Positions 10,456 to 19,744 of a DNA stretch of 64,000 bases are shown here, piece by piece. Under the pieces are notes generated by a model. The model worked only from the letters and a program-made list of their open reading frames with translations, was not told the origin of the DNA and made no database searches. Numbering within the stretch: the stretch's first letter is position 1; every line of letters begins with the position of its first letter. This DNA is from Euryarchaeota archaeon UBA202 (GTDB taxonomy: Archaea; Thermoplasmatota; E2; UBA202), in NCBI GenBank assembly GCA_002502685.1, contig DAQA01000013.1, positions 2,202-66,201 of the forward strand, written 5' to 3'. The position numbers and the translations under genes were made by a program.

Positions 10456-11031
10456 TCACCGTTTATCTAGATTACCTTCTCCATAGTCACTGGCGACTTT
10501 TCTTGTTTCAACACGGCCGCAAATCGAGCATTCCAATTTATCCTTTTTTTTCTGGAGAACATTTCGGCAATTGACACAATAGGACTTGATAACTCCTAAA
10601 TCAGGACCAACCGTGCTTAGTTTAATTGATGGTTTCACTTGAATGACCTTGGCTCGTGCGATATCGCCGATGCGGTATTTTTCCCCGGTTGCAGAAACAT
10701 AATCCCGGGATAGATTAGAGATGTGAATTGCGGCTATTGTATCTCCAAACAATGACCGTTTTTTTCCTGCCACATGGAGAATATCTACCAAAACCATGGA
10801 TTTTGTTGTCTTTTTGATTTCGATGAGGACAATATCCCCTTTATTTACCGAGTTGGGTGTATTCGTTAAGGGTTTTACTTCAGCAGACATCCGGTTTTTG
10901 TTCACTTGAAACGTACCAATGATCCCACTGATAATGTCATTGTTGATATTATAGGTTCCGTATCCTGAGAGCAATTCCTCGGTGGTTGCAATTATTTCAC
11001 CGGGGAATACAAATGTTCCATCCTTTATCAT
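10456..11031 (-). CDS. csl4: Exosome complex RNA-binding subunit Csl4
   Basis: N-terminal domain, central S1-like segment (GDIVLIEIKK..., GDIARAKVIQV) and a C-terminal zinc ribbon CVNC...CSIC. ATG at 11031 (MIKDGTFVFPGE) is preferred over the TTG at 11049. Confidence 0.75.
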   Translation of the reverse strand: MIKDGTFVFPGEIIATTEELLSGYGTYNINNDIISGIIGTFQVNKNRMSAEVKPLTNTPNSVNKGDIVLIEIKKTTKSMVLVDILHVAGKKRSLFGDTIAAIHISNLSRDYVSATGEKYRIGDIARAKVIQVKPSIKLSTVGPDLGVIKSYCVNCRNVLQKKKDKLECSICGRVETRKVASDYGEGNLDKR

Positions 11032-11513
11032 TATCGTAAATGAATACAAAACTTCCCTTTATAGATGACGGTTATTGTTTCGGGGGAAAATTAGAAGCAA
11101 GAGTGTAGTAGGAAAAATGAAAAAAAAAATTAAATAGAAACCTGTGAAGGGACAGATTGAATGCAACCTGAATAAAAAAAAAAAAAAGACGGTATATACA
11201 AAACATGATATAAGCCAATTGATTCCGGTGTACAGAAAGAACTGAGAGCTATAAGAGAGGAACAAGGAGGAAAAAAAAAACAAAAAAAAAAATCATGGCA
11301 CGGATGGAGATGCTTGTTTCTTGCCTTTTTTTCTCCTTGCCTATTTGTATCAAATTATGATCGGGATTGGTTTCAATTGATATTTTTTGTTTAGTGGATT
11401 GCAACAATAAAATAAAGAGTATGTCCACTATTAATGCCTAAAAAGAGATGAGGATGTATACAGAGGGGGGATGCTATAAAAAGCGATAATGTTTAATAGA
11501 AGGTGAAGGTTTA

Positions 11514-11654
11514 ATTGTCGGTGATATAATCGAGAACATATTCCCTCCCTGTCCAAAATGCGAAAAAGGATGGCTAGTCCCATTTTCCTTTGGCAGAGAT
11601 GTCTTTGAAAAATGGAAATGTACCGAATGTGGACATACTATTGAAAAAAGATAA
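11514..11654 (+). CDS. Possible ~46-codon zinc-ribbon protein with a non-canonical (ATT) start
   Basis: Open frame 11490-11654 encodes ..VGDIIENIFPPCPKCEKGWLVPFSFGRDVFEKWKCTECGHTIEKR*, with CPxC...CxxC. It has no in-frame ATG/GTG/TTG. AGGTGAAGG (11499-11509) lies a few nt upstream of ATT 11514. Confidence 0.25.
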   Translation: MVGDIIENIFPPCPKCEKGWLVPFSFGRDVFEKWKCTECGHTIEKR

Positions 11655-11788
11655 GGACATCTGTACCGCCTAGGTGCCATCAACTATAAATATCTTTTTT
11701 TCAGGTCTCATTGTTACGGTCAAGAATGTAGAGATACTCCATCATTTAAAGCAATAAAGTATTGCAAACACAGAAAAAAAGAGAGTTT

Positions 11789-12664
11789 TTATCCCGACCT
11801 ATGTCCATAAAACTTTACAGCATTACTATGTAATGGTATACCCATATCCTCTGCAATGCTTTGACACTTGACCCGTAAAAAATAGACGATGGGTCGATAA
11901 TTGGTTTCTGAAAAAGCCTCATAATTTGCCATGCCTTTACAAATCAGAAGGGTAGATGACTCTAATTTTTTAATCATCATAGGAGAGAGAATATCAAAAT
12001 CCACTCCAACAGCAAAACCTGGGGTGGTTAATATTTCATCTGCAATTCTACCCAGGCCTGCAAATTGTGCATCCTCAAATGTAGCATCTGTAAGAATGGG
12101 AACACCCTTAACAACAACGGTCAGATGGATATCATATTTTTTTAATTCTTTACATAACAGAGCATCAAAAACTATCTCCCCACAATTATCGGTAAAGAGG
12201 ACAATATTTCCTCTAAGAAGACCCCTGATGCAATCAAGATCGCTATACCCTAATCCCTGGTGAAATGACTCTTCAAAAAAGTGTTCCAGGTCTTGCGGGG
12301 ACGAGGCACTTCCCTCGATACCGAAATCTATGGTGTTTCCAATAATAGAGCAAAGAACCGCTGCCTGCAGAGGATCATTGCTTTCCAGTATGCGTTCTTG
12401 AGCCCGGGGAAGAAGGCTCTTGGCCACCTGGTTGCTTTTTTTCTTCAATTCATGATAGGGATCTAGTGACCCCATGGCTTGATATGCGGTGTGATGAACC
12501 CTTGTTGCAACCTGTGCAGAACTAAGGTTGTCGTACTCCTTCAGTATAATCTTCATGGATTGCAACAATACCCTTCTTTGTACATCCTTATCACTATTAA
12601 CCAGCCCAGTCTCAAACAAGACTCTGTTTAAAAGACAGGGGGCACATCGAGGTTTCATTTTCAT
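11789..12664 (-). CDS. DUF89 / ARMT1-like damage-control phosphatase family protein
   Basis: N-terminal MKPRCAPCLLNRV (the C-x-x-C start typical of archaeal DUF89), 291 aa. It is a paralog of 30458..31321. Confidence 0.75.
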   Translation of the reverse strand: MKMKPRCAPCLLNRVLFETGLVNSDKDVQRRVLLQSMKIILKEYDNLSSAQVATRVHHTAYQAMGSLDPYHELKKKSNQVAKSLLPRAQERILESNDPLQAAVLCSIIGNTIDFGIEGSASSPQDLEHFFEESFHQGLGYSDLDCIRGLLRGNIVLFTDNCGEIVFDALLCKELKKYDIHLTVVVKGVPILTDATFEDAQFAGLGRIADEILTTPGFAVGVDFDILSPMMIKKLESSTLLICKGMANYEAFSETNYRPIVYFLRVKCQSIAEDMGIPLHSNAVKFYGHRSG

Positions 12665-12822
12665 TTGTCAGGTACAATAGATTGCTCTTTTTTAAGATTT
12701 GTATCTTCTCATATCCTCAATGGTGTTGGTGTTCTTCATCAAAAAGACTAGTGTACCCAAACGGAAAAGTAAAGAAGGAGAACAAATATTTTAAATATTA
12801 TTTGGTCATATGGTAATCCCAG

Positions 12823-13215
12823 ATGCCCTTAAAGGAGGAATCTAGTACAATTTTGCCCAAAAAAACAGCGAAAATCAGTGGCATGGCCCACTCCCTGTGT
12901 CTTCTGCATTACTTAGATGAAAAAAAGAAGCCCAAGGGGCTTCGAATAAAAGGCATTATTAGAGAAATAATCAAAAATCGGGATAAAACATTCCTGTTAG
13001 GATTCCATTGGAAACCCTTTTATATTGGAGCCATGCATTTCCAGGATGCCTACAATTATGATATTGAACGGGTACAACGCTGCGCCATACATTATGCAAC
13101 ACCCAATGGCCGAATTATTCCCTTGTGTGCCTATATTGTGGGTCCCACCTATGGGGAGAAAATAGAAAAAAAATTTAGTGTATCATTGGAGGAATATCAT
13201 GGTCGTGAAAATTAA
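12823..13215 (+). pseudogene. Stand-alone C-terminal fragment resembling Tes/MJ0619-type radical SAM lipid enzymes
   Basis: GAMHFQDAYNYDIERVQRCAIHYATPNGRIIPLCAYI resembles the conserved C-terminal block of that radical SAM family. An in-frame stop lies 2 codons upstream of the ATG, and no radical SAM CxxxCxxC domain is present. The 3' end overlaps the ferredoxin start. Confidence 0.45.
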
Positions 13216-13363
13216 TCGGGATAAATGTATGTATTGCGGGGGCTGTGTGGGTCTGTGCCCCGTTAATGCCCTGACTCTTCAGGAGGTACGACTAGTGGTT
13301 AGCAATAAGTGTACCGAGTGCGGCATCTGTATTCAATTTTGTCCCGTGGGGGCTTTACAATGA
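13199..13363 (+). CDS. 2x[4Fe-4S] ferredoxin (geranylgeranyl-reductase associated)
   Basis: CMYCGGCVGLCP and CTECGICIQFCP motifs. GGAGG lies 6 nt upstream of ATG 13199. The stop overlaps the GGR start (ATGA at 13360-13363). Confidence 0.8.
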   Translation: MVVKINRDKCMYCGGCVGLCPVNALTLQEVRLVVSNKCTECGICIQFCPVGALQ

Positions 13364-14550
13364 AAAATATTTCTACTGATGTTTTGATAGTGGGCGCAGG
13401 GCCTGCGGGAAGCACAGCAGCACGGGAGCTGGCGGCAAAGGGTATTGATGTCATTGTGCTTGAAAAAAAACCAGAGATTGGTTGTTTTAAAAGATGTGCA
13501 GAGGGGATAACGCTTAGGGGTTTGACCGATGCAGGTATCAAACCTCAAAAAGAGTGGGCATTGGGACATATTACGGGTGCGCGACTTTATCCTCCATCTG
13601 AAAAAAATGTGGTGGAGATGAAGGGGGATCGCATGGCGGGATATGTTGTTGAACGAAAGGTGTTTGAAAAATGGTTAGCCAGCAGGGCTGTGAAGGAGGG
13701 GGCACGTTTTATGGTGAAAACTCCTGCCTTAGGGTTCCATAGATCGGGGGAGAAATGTATTGTAAAAACCCGGTATATGGATGCGGCTTTGGCTATTGAA
13801 ACTAAACTTGTGTTGGGTGCAGATGGCGTGGAAAGCAAGGTTGGCCGATGGGCCGGAATAAAGGCCCTGAACAGGATTTCGGATTATCATTCAGGATTTC
13901 AGTACGAGATGGCGGGGGTGAATGTGGATGACTCCTATATCCACTTATTTTTTGGTACAAAGGTTGCCCCTAAGGGGTATTTATGGATTTTTCCCAAAAA
14001 ATTTTCTGCAAATGTGGGAGTGGGTGTTCTCACAAAAGAAATACGGAATAAACGCCCCATGGACTATGTCCATACTTTTATTGATGCCCATCCAGATATG
14101 TTTGCCACAGCCAGTCCCCTGGAGGTTAATGCGGGAGGGGTCCCAGTGGCCCATAATACTGAAATGGTCACGGATAATGTGATGCTCATTGGTGATGCCG
14201 CCCAGGTTGTTCATCCTCTTCATGGAGGGGGTATCATTCGCAGTATCAAGTCTGCCCAGGCAGCGGCCCACACGGCCCTTCTGGCACTGGAAGAAAAAAA
14301 TTATTCCCGAAAAAGATTGATGGAGTACCAGGATTGGTGGGAGACTGCTTATGGTGTACAAATGGCTAAGCTGATGAAAATCCGTTCGTTTTTGGAACGG
14401 TTAGATGATAAGGATTTTGAGTTATTAGCAGAAGTTCTCAGTGGTGAAGATATCATGGATGTTATTGATGCAAAGGTGACATTTTTGATGAAAAAATTGA
14501 TTACTAAGCCATCGATAGCCCGGTTGGTAAAAAAATATTTGTCTGGATAA
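13360..14550 (+). CDS. Geranylgeranyl reductase family flavoprotein (digeranylgeranylglycerophospholipid reductase)
   Basis: FAD-binding DVLIVGAGPAGSTAARELA with later GDAA motif (LIGDAAQVVHPLHGGGI). ~397 aa from ATG 13360. Confidence 0.85.
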   Translation: MKNISTDVLIVGAGPAGSTAARELAAKGIDVIVLEKKPEIGCFKRCAEGITLRGLTDAGIKPQKEWALGHITGARLYPPSEKNVVEMKGDRMAGYVVERKVFEKWLASRAVKEGARFMVKTPALGFHRSGEKCIVKTRYMDAALAIETKLVLGADGVESKVGRWAGIKALNRISDYHSGFQYEMAGVNVDDSYIHLFFGTKVAPKGYLWIFPKKFSANVGVGVLTKEIRNKRPMDYVHTFIDAHPDMFATASPLEVNAGGVPVAHNTEMVTDNVMLIGDAAQVVHPLHGGGIIRSIKSAQAAAHTALLALEEKNYSRKRLMEYQDWWETAYGVQMAKLMKIRSFLERLDDKDFELLAEVLSGEDIMDVIDAKVTFLMKKLITKPSIARLVKKYLSG

Positions 14551-14575
14551 AGTTGATGCACTTGTAGTGGGATGG

Positions 14576-15214
14576 TTAGAGATAGATGGCCAGGTGGTCT
14601 TTTATATAGGGGTGCAGGGGGATTGTTTCAGTGATGGTTCCAAAGGTTGATGTGATGTGTTGGATTACGTGGTGATATATTTTTTGTGGTGGCTGTGTAA
14701 CATCGATGCTGCGCGCTTTTACCATGAGGATACCTTTTGTACAGGTAAAAAAGGTCATGTTTTTGAGGAACATGTCTACCTGGTTTCGTTGCGCGATATC
14801 CTGGTAGACAATGTCAACACGTCCTATTTGTGCTTGATAATCATGTGGTTTGTTGGCATCGGCGAGGATGGGGATAATGTTTGGTCTAAGGCCGCTGAGT
14901 TTAAGAAGATCCCTCATGGCTCGTGGCGAAGAGTCCACTGCATAGATGGTTCCCTGAGGGGTGATATCTGAGATGTGGCTGACAGTTGTTCCATTGGCAG
15001 CTCCCAAGTAAAGGGTATGTGTTGCAGAAGTGAGAGATGGGAGTCTGTGGCCATTGAGGATGGCTGCGGCAAGTTTGCTATGGTAGGGATTCCATGACCG
15101 GTACTCAATATTGTTATAGGTGATGAGTTGTTCACCATGTGTTTTCTGGCCGGGTGTGGGGTTTTTTGTATAGAGTTTTCCTTTGTGGTAATAGATGTGA
15201 GGAAGGGTGTGCAT
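14576..15214 (-). CDS. flpA: Fibrillarin-like rRNA/tRNA 2'-O-methyltransferase
   Basis: YRSWNPYHSKLAAAILNG and VLYLGAANGTTVSHISD (SAM-binding site) are typical fibrillarin motifs. 212 aa. Confidence 0.85.
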   Translation of the reverse strand: MHTLPHIYYHKGKLYTKNPTPGQKTHGEQLITYNNIEYRSWNPYHSKLAAAILNGHRLPSLTSATHTLYLGAANGTTVSHISDITPQGTIYAVDSSPRAMRDLLKLSGLRPNIIPILADANKPHDYQAQIGRVDIVYQDIAQRNQVDMFLKNMTFFTCTKGILMVKARSIDVTQPPQKIYHHVIQHITSTFGTITETIPLHPYIKDHLAIYL

Positions 15215-15295
15215 TATGTGTTGAATGATATTGGTGTTAAAAAAGTCATTCCTATTAATTTAGCATCCCTGTTTTATGGGGGGAAACAATAGCTC

Positions 15296-16936
15296 TTAGA
15301 TGGTGATGTAAGGGATAATGTCCTGGGCAATGTTCTTATCATCCAGTGTTTTGATTAGGTCTGACGGGGTGGAGAAGGGCCTGTTGATAATGAGCCGCTG
15401 TGCTCTTTTGCGTCCCACTCCAGGTAGTGCCTGGAGGAGGGATAGGCTTGCGGTGTTAATAGTGAGGGGGTAGGGAACACCTGTTACTGATCGCTGGCCG
15501 GTGGAGGTAATCTTGATATCCATTTTGTGTCCCAAGGGAATTTGGGTGGGTACGGCAATGAGGAGGGGATAGGTTCCCATTTGTCGAAGAAGGGTGAGAT
15601 TTCCTTTATATGACTCAGTATAGGCATCCCTGAGTATTGTTCCAGGGGGAGTGACTTGTTGGAGCATGGGCCGGTCTATTGTTTCTCGTATTTTTTGTTT
15701 ATGGTAGTGAAAATATTTTTTGAGACAGTGTCCATGTTTTCTATGTGCAAGGGGTGTCTTTGGAAAAGTGATTACTTGACGAAGATTGATGCGTCTGATT
15801 AAGAGTTTTTTTTCTAGTACGCTGTAGAGAAATCGATAGTTTTCTTCATATGTTTTTTTGCTTTCTCCAGGGAGCCCGTAGACAAAATTGAGGCCAGGGA
15901 GCAGTTCAGGAAGACCATTTCTCCCCGGATGGGCGCCAACCTTATTGAGTAGCTCAATGGCCCTGAGTGCCTCCTTGGCGTTTACCTTGAGATTATTGGT
16001 AGATATGACCCGGGGATCTGTGCTTTCGATACCCAATGCTGCTACATCACCGGGTGTGTGGTACTGGACAATGATGCGGGCTATTTGTGTACATTCCTGT
16101 GGGTAATGGGCAAGTGTCCCCGGGTTTGCATTATCCATATGCAGGGTCTCCAGATGGGGAGCTGCTGCCCGGATACCCTGATATAATTTTTTTAGTGCCG
16201 GGGGATTTGGCCGGGGAAATTCTTTTTCTCCTATACCCTGTGCCTTGTATGAGAAAAGACAGGGTTGATTTCCCAGGCGGAAATGTTTTATACCCTGCCT
16301 GTACAGTGACTGAACTTCTTGGATGATGGATTGTTCCTCCCGAAAAGCAGGGGGGCCTTTGAGGGGCTCAGTGCAAAAAGAACAGCCACCCATAAAAGAG
16401 CGGAAACACCCGTGATATGTTTCCAGTTCAGCAATGACCCGGGGGTAACTGGGATGCTGGGTTACAATTTGGGCGCCTTGTATCGCAAACTCTTGTATAT
16501 CCTGGGGTGACTCCCGGATGAGATTTTCAAGATGACCCTCATGTAAAAAATAACTCAATGAAAGACTGGCATCCCCAGTTATGATATAGTCAAAGACATC
16601 GTCTAGTTTGTACTGTTTATGGAATCCATGGAGTGCTGCCGGGCCCGTGAGAATAGCGGGTGTATCGATTGGTTTAAAAAAAGTCTGAAGTTCCCTCGGT
16701 GTGACCGGTTTTCCACCCAGGTATTTCCCGGGAACAGTGGTCCCTGCCACCACCACATAGAGATCACCCCTTGGCAGTCCCTGGTGACGCAGTTGGTCAA
16801 TGGTGTAATACTGTACCTGATGACTCTTGTGGGAAAAAATAGCCCCGGCGATATATCGGATAGGGGGACTGATGAAGGGGGGTACACCCAGACAGGCAGG
16901 CTCATCAATATATCCATCGATAAGTATGATTCTCAT
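15296..16936 (-). CDS. Radical SAM superfamily protein with C-terminal helix-hairpin-helix (COG1031-like)
   Basis: Cysteine triad GCFRSFMGGCSFC (Cx7Cx2C), 546 aa. The C-terminal LQALPGVGRKRAQRLI is HhH-like. Confidence 0.65.
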   Translation of the reverse strand: MRIILIDGYIDEPACLGVPPFISPPIRYIAGAIFSHKSHQVQYYTIDQLRHQGLPRGDLYVVVAGTTVPGKYLGGKPVTPRELQTFFKPIDTPAILTGPAALHGFHKQYKLDDVFDYIITGDASLSLSYFLHEGHLENLIRESPQDIQEFAIQGAQIVTQHPSYPRVIAELETYHGCFRSFMGGCSFCTEPLKGPPAFREEQSIIQEVQSLYRQGIKHFRLGNQPCLFSYKAQGIGEKEFPRPNPPALKKLYQGIRAAAPHLETLHMDNANPGTLAHYPQECTQIARIIVQYHTPGDVAALGIESTDPRVISTNNLKVNAKEALRAIELLNKVGAHPGRNGLPELLPGLNFVYGLPGESKKTYEENYRFLYSVLEKKLLIRRINLRQVITFPKTPLAHRKHGHCLKKYFHYHKQKIRETIDRPMLQQVTPPGTILRDAYTESYKGNLTLLRQMGTYPLLIAVPTQIPLGHKMDIKITSTGQRSVTGVPYPLTINTASLSLLQALPGVGRKRAQRLIINRPFSTPSDLIKTLDDKNIAQDIIPYITI

Positions 16937-18219
16937 TGTTTTCTCAAGGCAATTTCACATGCTAGGGTTGAGGGAAGAAAAACAGGGGAAACCACGGGGG
17001 CATAGGCGGTTTCAATGCCACTGAATTGCTGTAATGTCATGTTGCAGCTTATGGCTGTGGCAAAGGCATTAATTCGTTGGGCGGCACCGGGGCCAATAAT
17101 CTGTGCGGCGCACAATTTTCCCTTTCGTGTCGCCATGACCTTGACACGGATCTCTTCTCCAGGAAGATAGAGGGGGCGGCTGGATCCCCGAAATGTGCTC
17201 ACTAGTGGATTTTCTAATCCTGTGCTAAGGGGGCCAACGGCAGCGATTTCCAGATCAAAAACCTTGGTGACACGGGTGTTTAAAAGGGGAGGAAGGACGG
17301 CTTTTCCGCCACTGGCATTAATACCCGCAACTTTTCCCTGACGAACCGCAATACTGCCAAGGCCCACCAGGCATGGTGCACCAGTAATGTCACGATATTG
17401 GCTACAGTCCCCAATGGCATACACATTTTTTTTGGATGTTTCACATCTTTCATCTATAATAATGCCTCTGTCTGTCATTGACTCGGGGACAAGATCTAAT
17501 ACCGGCGTATTCCCACTTGCCACAAGGGCAAAATCAGCGCTTATGGTTCTTTTGTCACCCGTTTTCCTGTTTTTTATATGAATGTCCATGTCCCCATCAA
17601 TAGATGTGACCTCATGATTAAGGGTGAGAGAGAGAAGTTCTCTTTTCATAAGTGTGTCATGGATTATAGGTGCCATATCGGAATCAAGCATTGTGGGAAG
17701 CAGAGAGGAATAGTATTCAATGAGGGTCACCGTGACACCCCGTTTTATGAGCGCCTCTGCTGCTTCAAGTCCCGTGGGGCCTGCCCCAATGATTGCGATA
17801 TGTGTACCCCGGGTTGCCATTCGCTGGATATGGTGGGCATCATCTAGGGTGCGCAAAAAAGAGTGTTTTTTTGTATCAATAGGGAAAGGGGCATGAGAGT
17901 GAACGCCTGTGGCAATAATTAATGAATCATATTTTTTTTCCCCATTCGTGGTATAAATGTATTGTTTATCAAAATCAATTTTTGTAACAGGTGTAGTGAG
18001 ATGAAGATCGATACGGGCTTTTTGGAACCATTCATGTGAAAACTCAATAAGTTTATCAGGGTCCACTTCGCCAGAGAGCGTATAGGGAAGGCCGCATCGG
18101 GAATATTGGGAGTAGGGACCTTTTTCATAAAGAGTGATTAGTGCCTTGCGGTTGTTTTTTCTGGCAAACTGTGCAGCAGTTCCACCTGCGGCCCCGCAGC
18201 CAATAATGACAATGTCCAT
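16933..18219 (-). CDS. CoA-disulfide reductase / NADH oxidase family pyridine nucleotide-disulfide oxidoreductase
   Basis: N-terminal IVIIGCGAAGGTAA, single redox Cys in YSQYSRCGLPY, and a second dinucleotide fold IAIIGAGPTGLEAA. There is a 4-nt overlap with the downstream radical SAM gene. Confidence 0.75.
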   Translation of the reverse strand: MDIVIIGCGAAGGTAAQFARKNNRKALITLYEKGPYSQYSRCGLPYTLSGEVDPDKLIEFSHEWFQKARIDLHLTTPVTKIDFDKQYIYTTNGEKKYDSLIIATGVHSHAPFPIDTKKHSFLRTLDDAHHIQRMATRGTHIAIIGAGPTGLEAAEALIKRGVTVTLIEYYSSLLPTMLDSDMAPIIHDTLMKRELLSLTLNHEVTSIDGDMDIHIKNRKTGDKRTISADFALVASGNTPVLDLVPESMTDRGIIIDERCETSKKNVYAIGDCSQYRDITGAPCLVGLGSIAVRQGKVAGINASGGKAVLPPLLNTRVTKVFDLEIAAVGPLSTGLENPLVSTFRGSSRPLYLPGEEIRVKVMATRKGKLCAAQIIGPGAAQRINAFATAISCNMTLQQFSGIETAYAPVVSPVFLPSTLACEIALRKQ

Positions 18220-18340
18220 GATTTATTATCAAGGATTGCCTTAAAGATTTTAACGGTATTTTTCCCCCTTGGAGAAAGAATAAAATAATAAAAAAAAACA
18301 GGGAAATGTTATATTGGGGTTATCTTAGGAAAAAGGGGCG

Positions 18341-19312
18341 TTATAGGAGTAGGTTGAATAAAAAACCTAGAATGAATATCTGGGGAACCGTAATAATGGG
18401 TAACATGAGTGCTGCTTTTTTTCCAATGTTATGCCAGATTAGGCCAATTTCGGTATAATCAGTGGCCACACCAGCCATAAGAAAGGTGAAACTATTGCCA
18501 AATGCCCCGGTTTGGTTAAATATTTCAAAGGCCAATGGTGAGCTTCCCTCGGAACAAACCTCTATGATGGTGGCAAAGAGAAGAGTGATTGTTAGCCCAA
18601 GTAGCGTGGGGCCCATATAGTCCATAAAGAGATGCTGGGGGATAAACCCTCTGGCAAATGCAGCCATGATCATGCCAATCAACAGCCACCGTAACACCAT
18701 TTTAGAAAGGGCCCATGATCCCTGAGCGGTGCCCTTGATGGCTCTAGTTAGGTTGTGTGATGTAAACTTAAACCCGTGCCATCTTCTCCGTATATCATCC
18801 AGGATTGAGAAATCGGCCAGCTTGTTTATATCACCACCTTTCTTGCACTGTCTGCATTCAATCCATCCATGGGTTTCCAGATGAAGATAGATAAGACCGG
18901 TTACCAGAACAATAACTATGGCGGACACCACAATGAAAACGGCATTGAGGCCAAAAAAGCCAAAGAGGAGAATGGTGATGGGAAGATTCGCCCAGGGGGA
19001 TGATAAAAGAAAGGCTATAACGCTTGAGGTATTTGCCCCCTTTTTATAAAGTTCCATTGAGATGGCTAAAATCCCATGGGAGCATGCACTCATAAGAAAC
19101 CCCAGAAGAATGGAATACAGAATGGTTCTTTTCCGATGACGGGACAAATACTTTTCAATATATGCCTGGGGGATAAAATAATCAATAAGGCCACCAATCA
19201 GAAAACCAATGAGGATAGCCCACCAAATCAATGCAAGATAATCCATAAATACCTTAAAGAATGGACGGAGCAATGGTACAAAATAGCTGCAGACAAGTAA
19301 AATGATTACCAC
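18341..19312 (-). CDS. Predicted permease of the DUF318/ArsP type
   Basis: Multi-TM protein with two repeated Cys-containing motifs: SACSHGILAISMELYKKGA and EVCSEGSSPLAFEIFNQTGA. GTG start per the ORF track. Confidence 0.65.
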   Translation of the reverse strand: MVIILLVCSYFVPLLRPFFKVFMDYLALIWWAILIGFLIGGLIDYFIPQAYIEKYLSRHRKRTILYSILLGFLMSACSHGILAISMELYKKGANTSSVIAFLLSSPWANLPITILLFGFFGLNAVFIVVSAIVIVLVTGLIYLHLETHGWIECRQCKKGGDINKLADFSILDDIRRRWHGFKFTSHNLTRAIKGTAQGSWALSKMVLRWLLIGMIMAAFARGFIPQHLFMDYMGPTLLGLTITLLFATIIEVCSEGSSPLAFEIFNQTGAFGNSFTFLMAGVATDYTEIGLIWHNIGKKAALMLPIITVPQIFILGFLFNLLL

Positions 19313-19402
19313 AAGGCAAGACAGATATAATTTTTCTTTATACCAGGGTTTTTTCGGTGTTGTCTGGCAACTAGGACAAAATCTTTTTTCAGGATTTATC
19401 CC

Positions 19403-19504
19403 CTATTGTTCCTCATATTTTCTGACACAATGCTCACTGCAAAAATAATGACCATGGACGGGGATAGTCCCCTTCATTCCACAAATAGGGTCTTTTTTAT
19501 CCAT
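19403..19504 (-). CDS. TRASH/YHS-type metal-binding mini-protein (33 aa)
   Basis: Hand translation gives MDKKDPICGMKGTIPVHGHYFCSEHCVRKYEEQ*, with the C-x-M...FCSxxC pattern of YHS/TRASH domains. It sits directly upstream of the permease on the same strand. Confidence 0.55.
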   Translation of the reverse strand: MDKKDPICGMKGTIPVHGHYFCSEHCVRKYEEQ

Positions 19505-19744
19505 TAAAAACCCACCTTATAACAGAGATGAATAGAAAGGGCGGTATTAATGGCCTTGCATAACAAAAGAATGATATTCCAATACACTAAAAAAAAATTA
19601 ATCACTTTACTGAATAGTAATATCCCAAAAAAAAGAAAAAAACGGGAAATAATCACAGGGTACCTATCATTTCTTTTCAAGAACAATATTACAGGGAAAA
19701 AAAGATACATATGTTTTTAAGACTAAAAACCATAACCCTAGCAT

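Noticed and set aside
11059-11283. 74-aa minus-strand ORF rich in Phe/Leu/Ser (MFFFSSLFLSYSS...).
   Set aside because: It is a translation of long poly-A/poly-T tracts in an intergenic region. It has no start context, no motif, and low-complexity sequence only.
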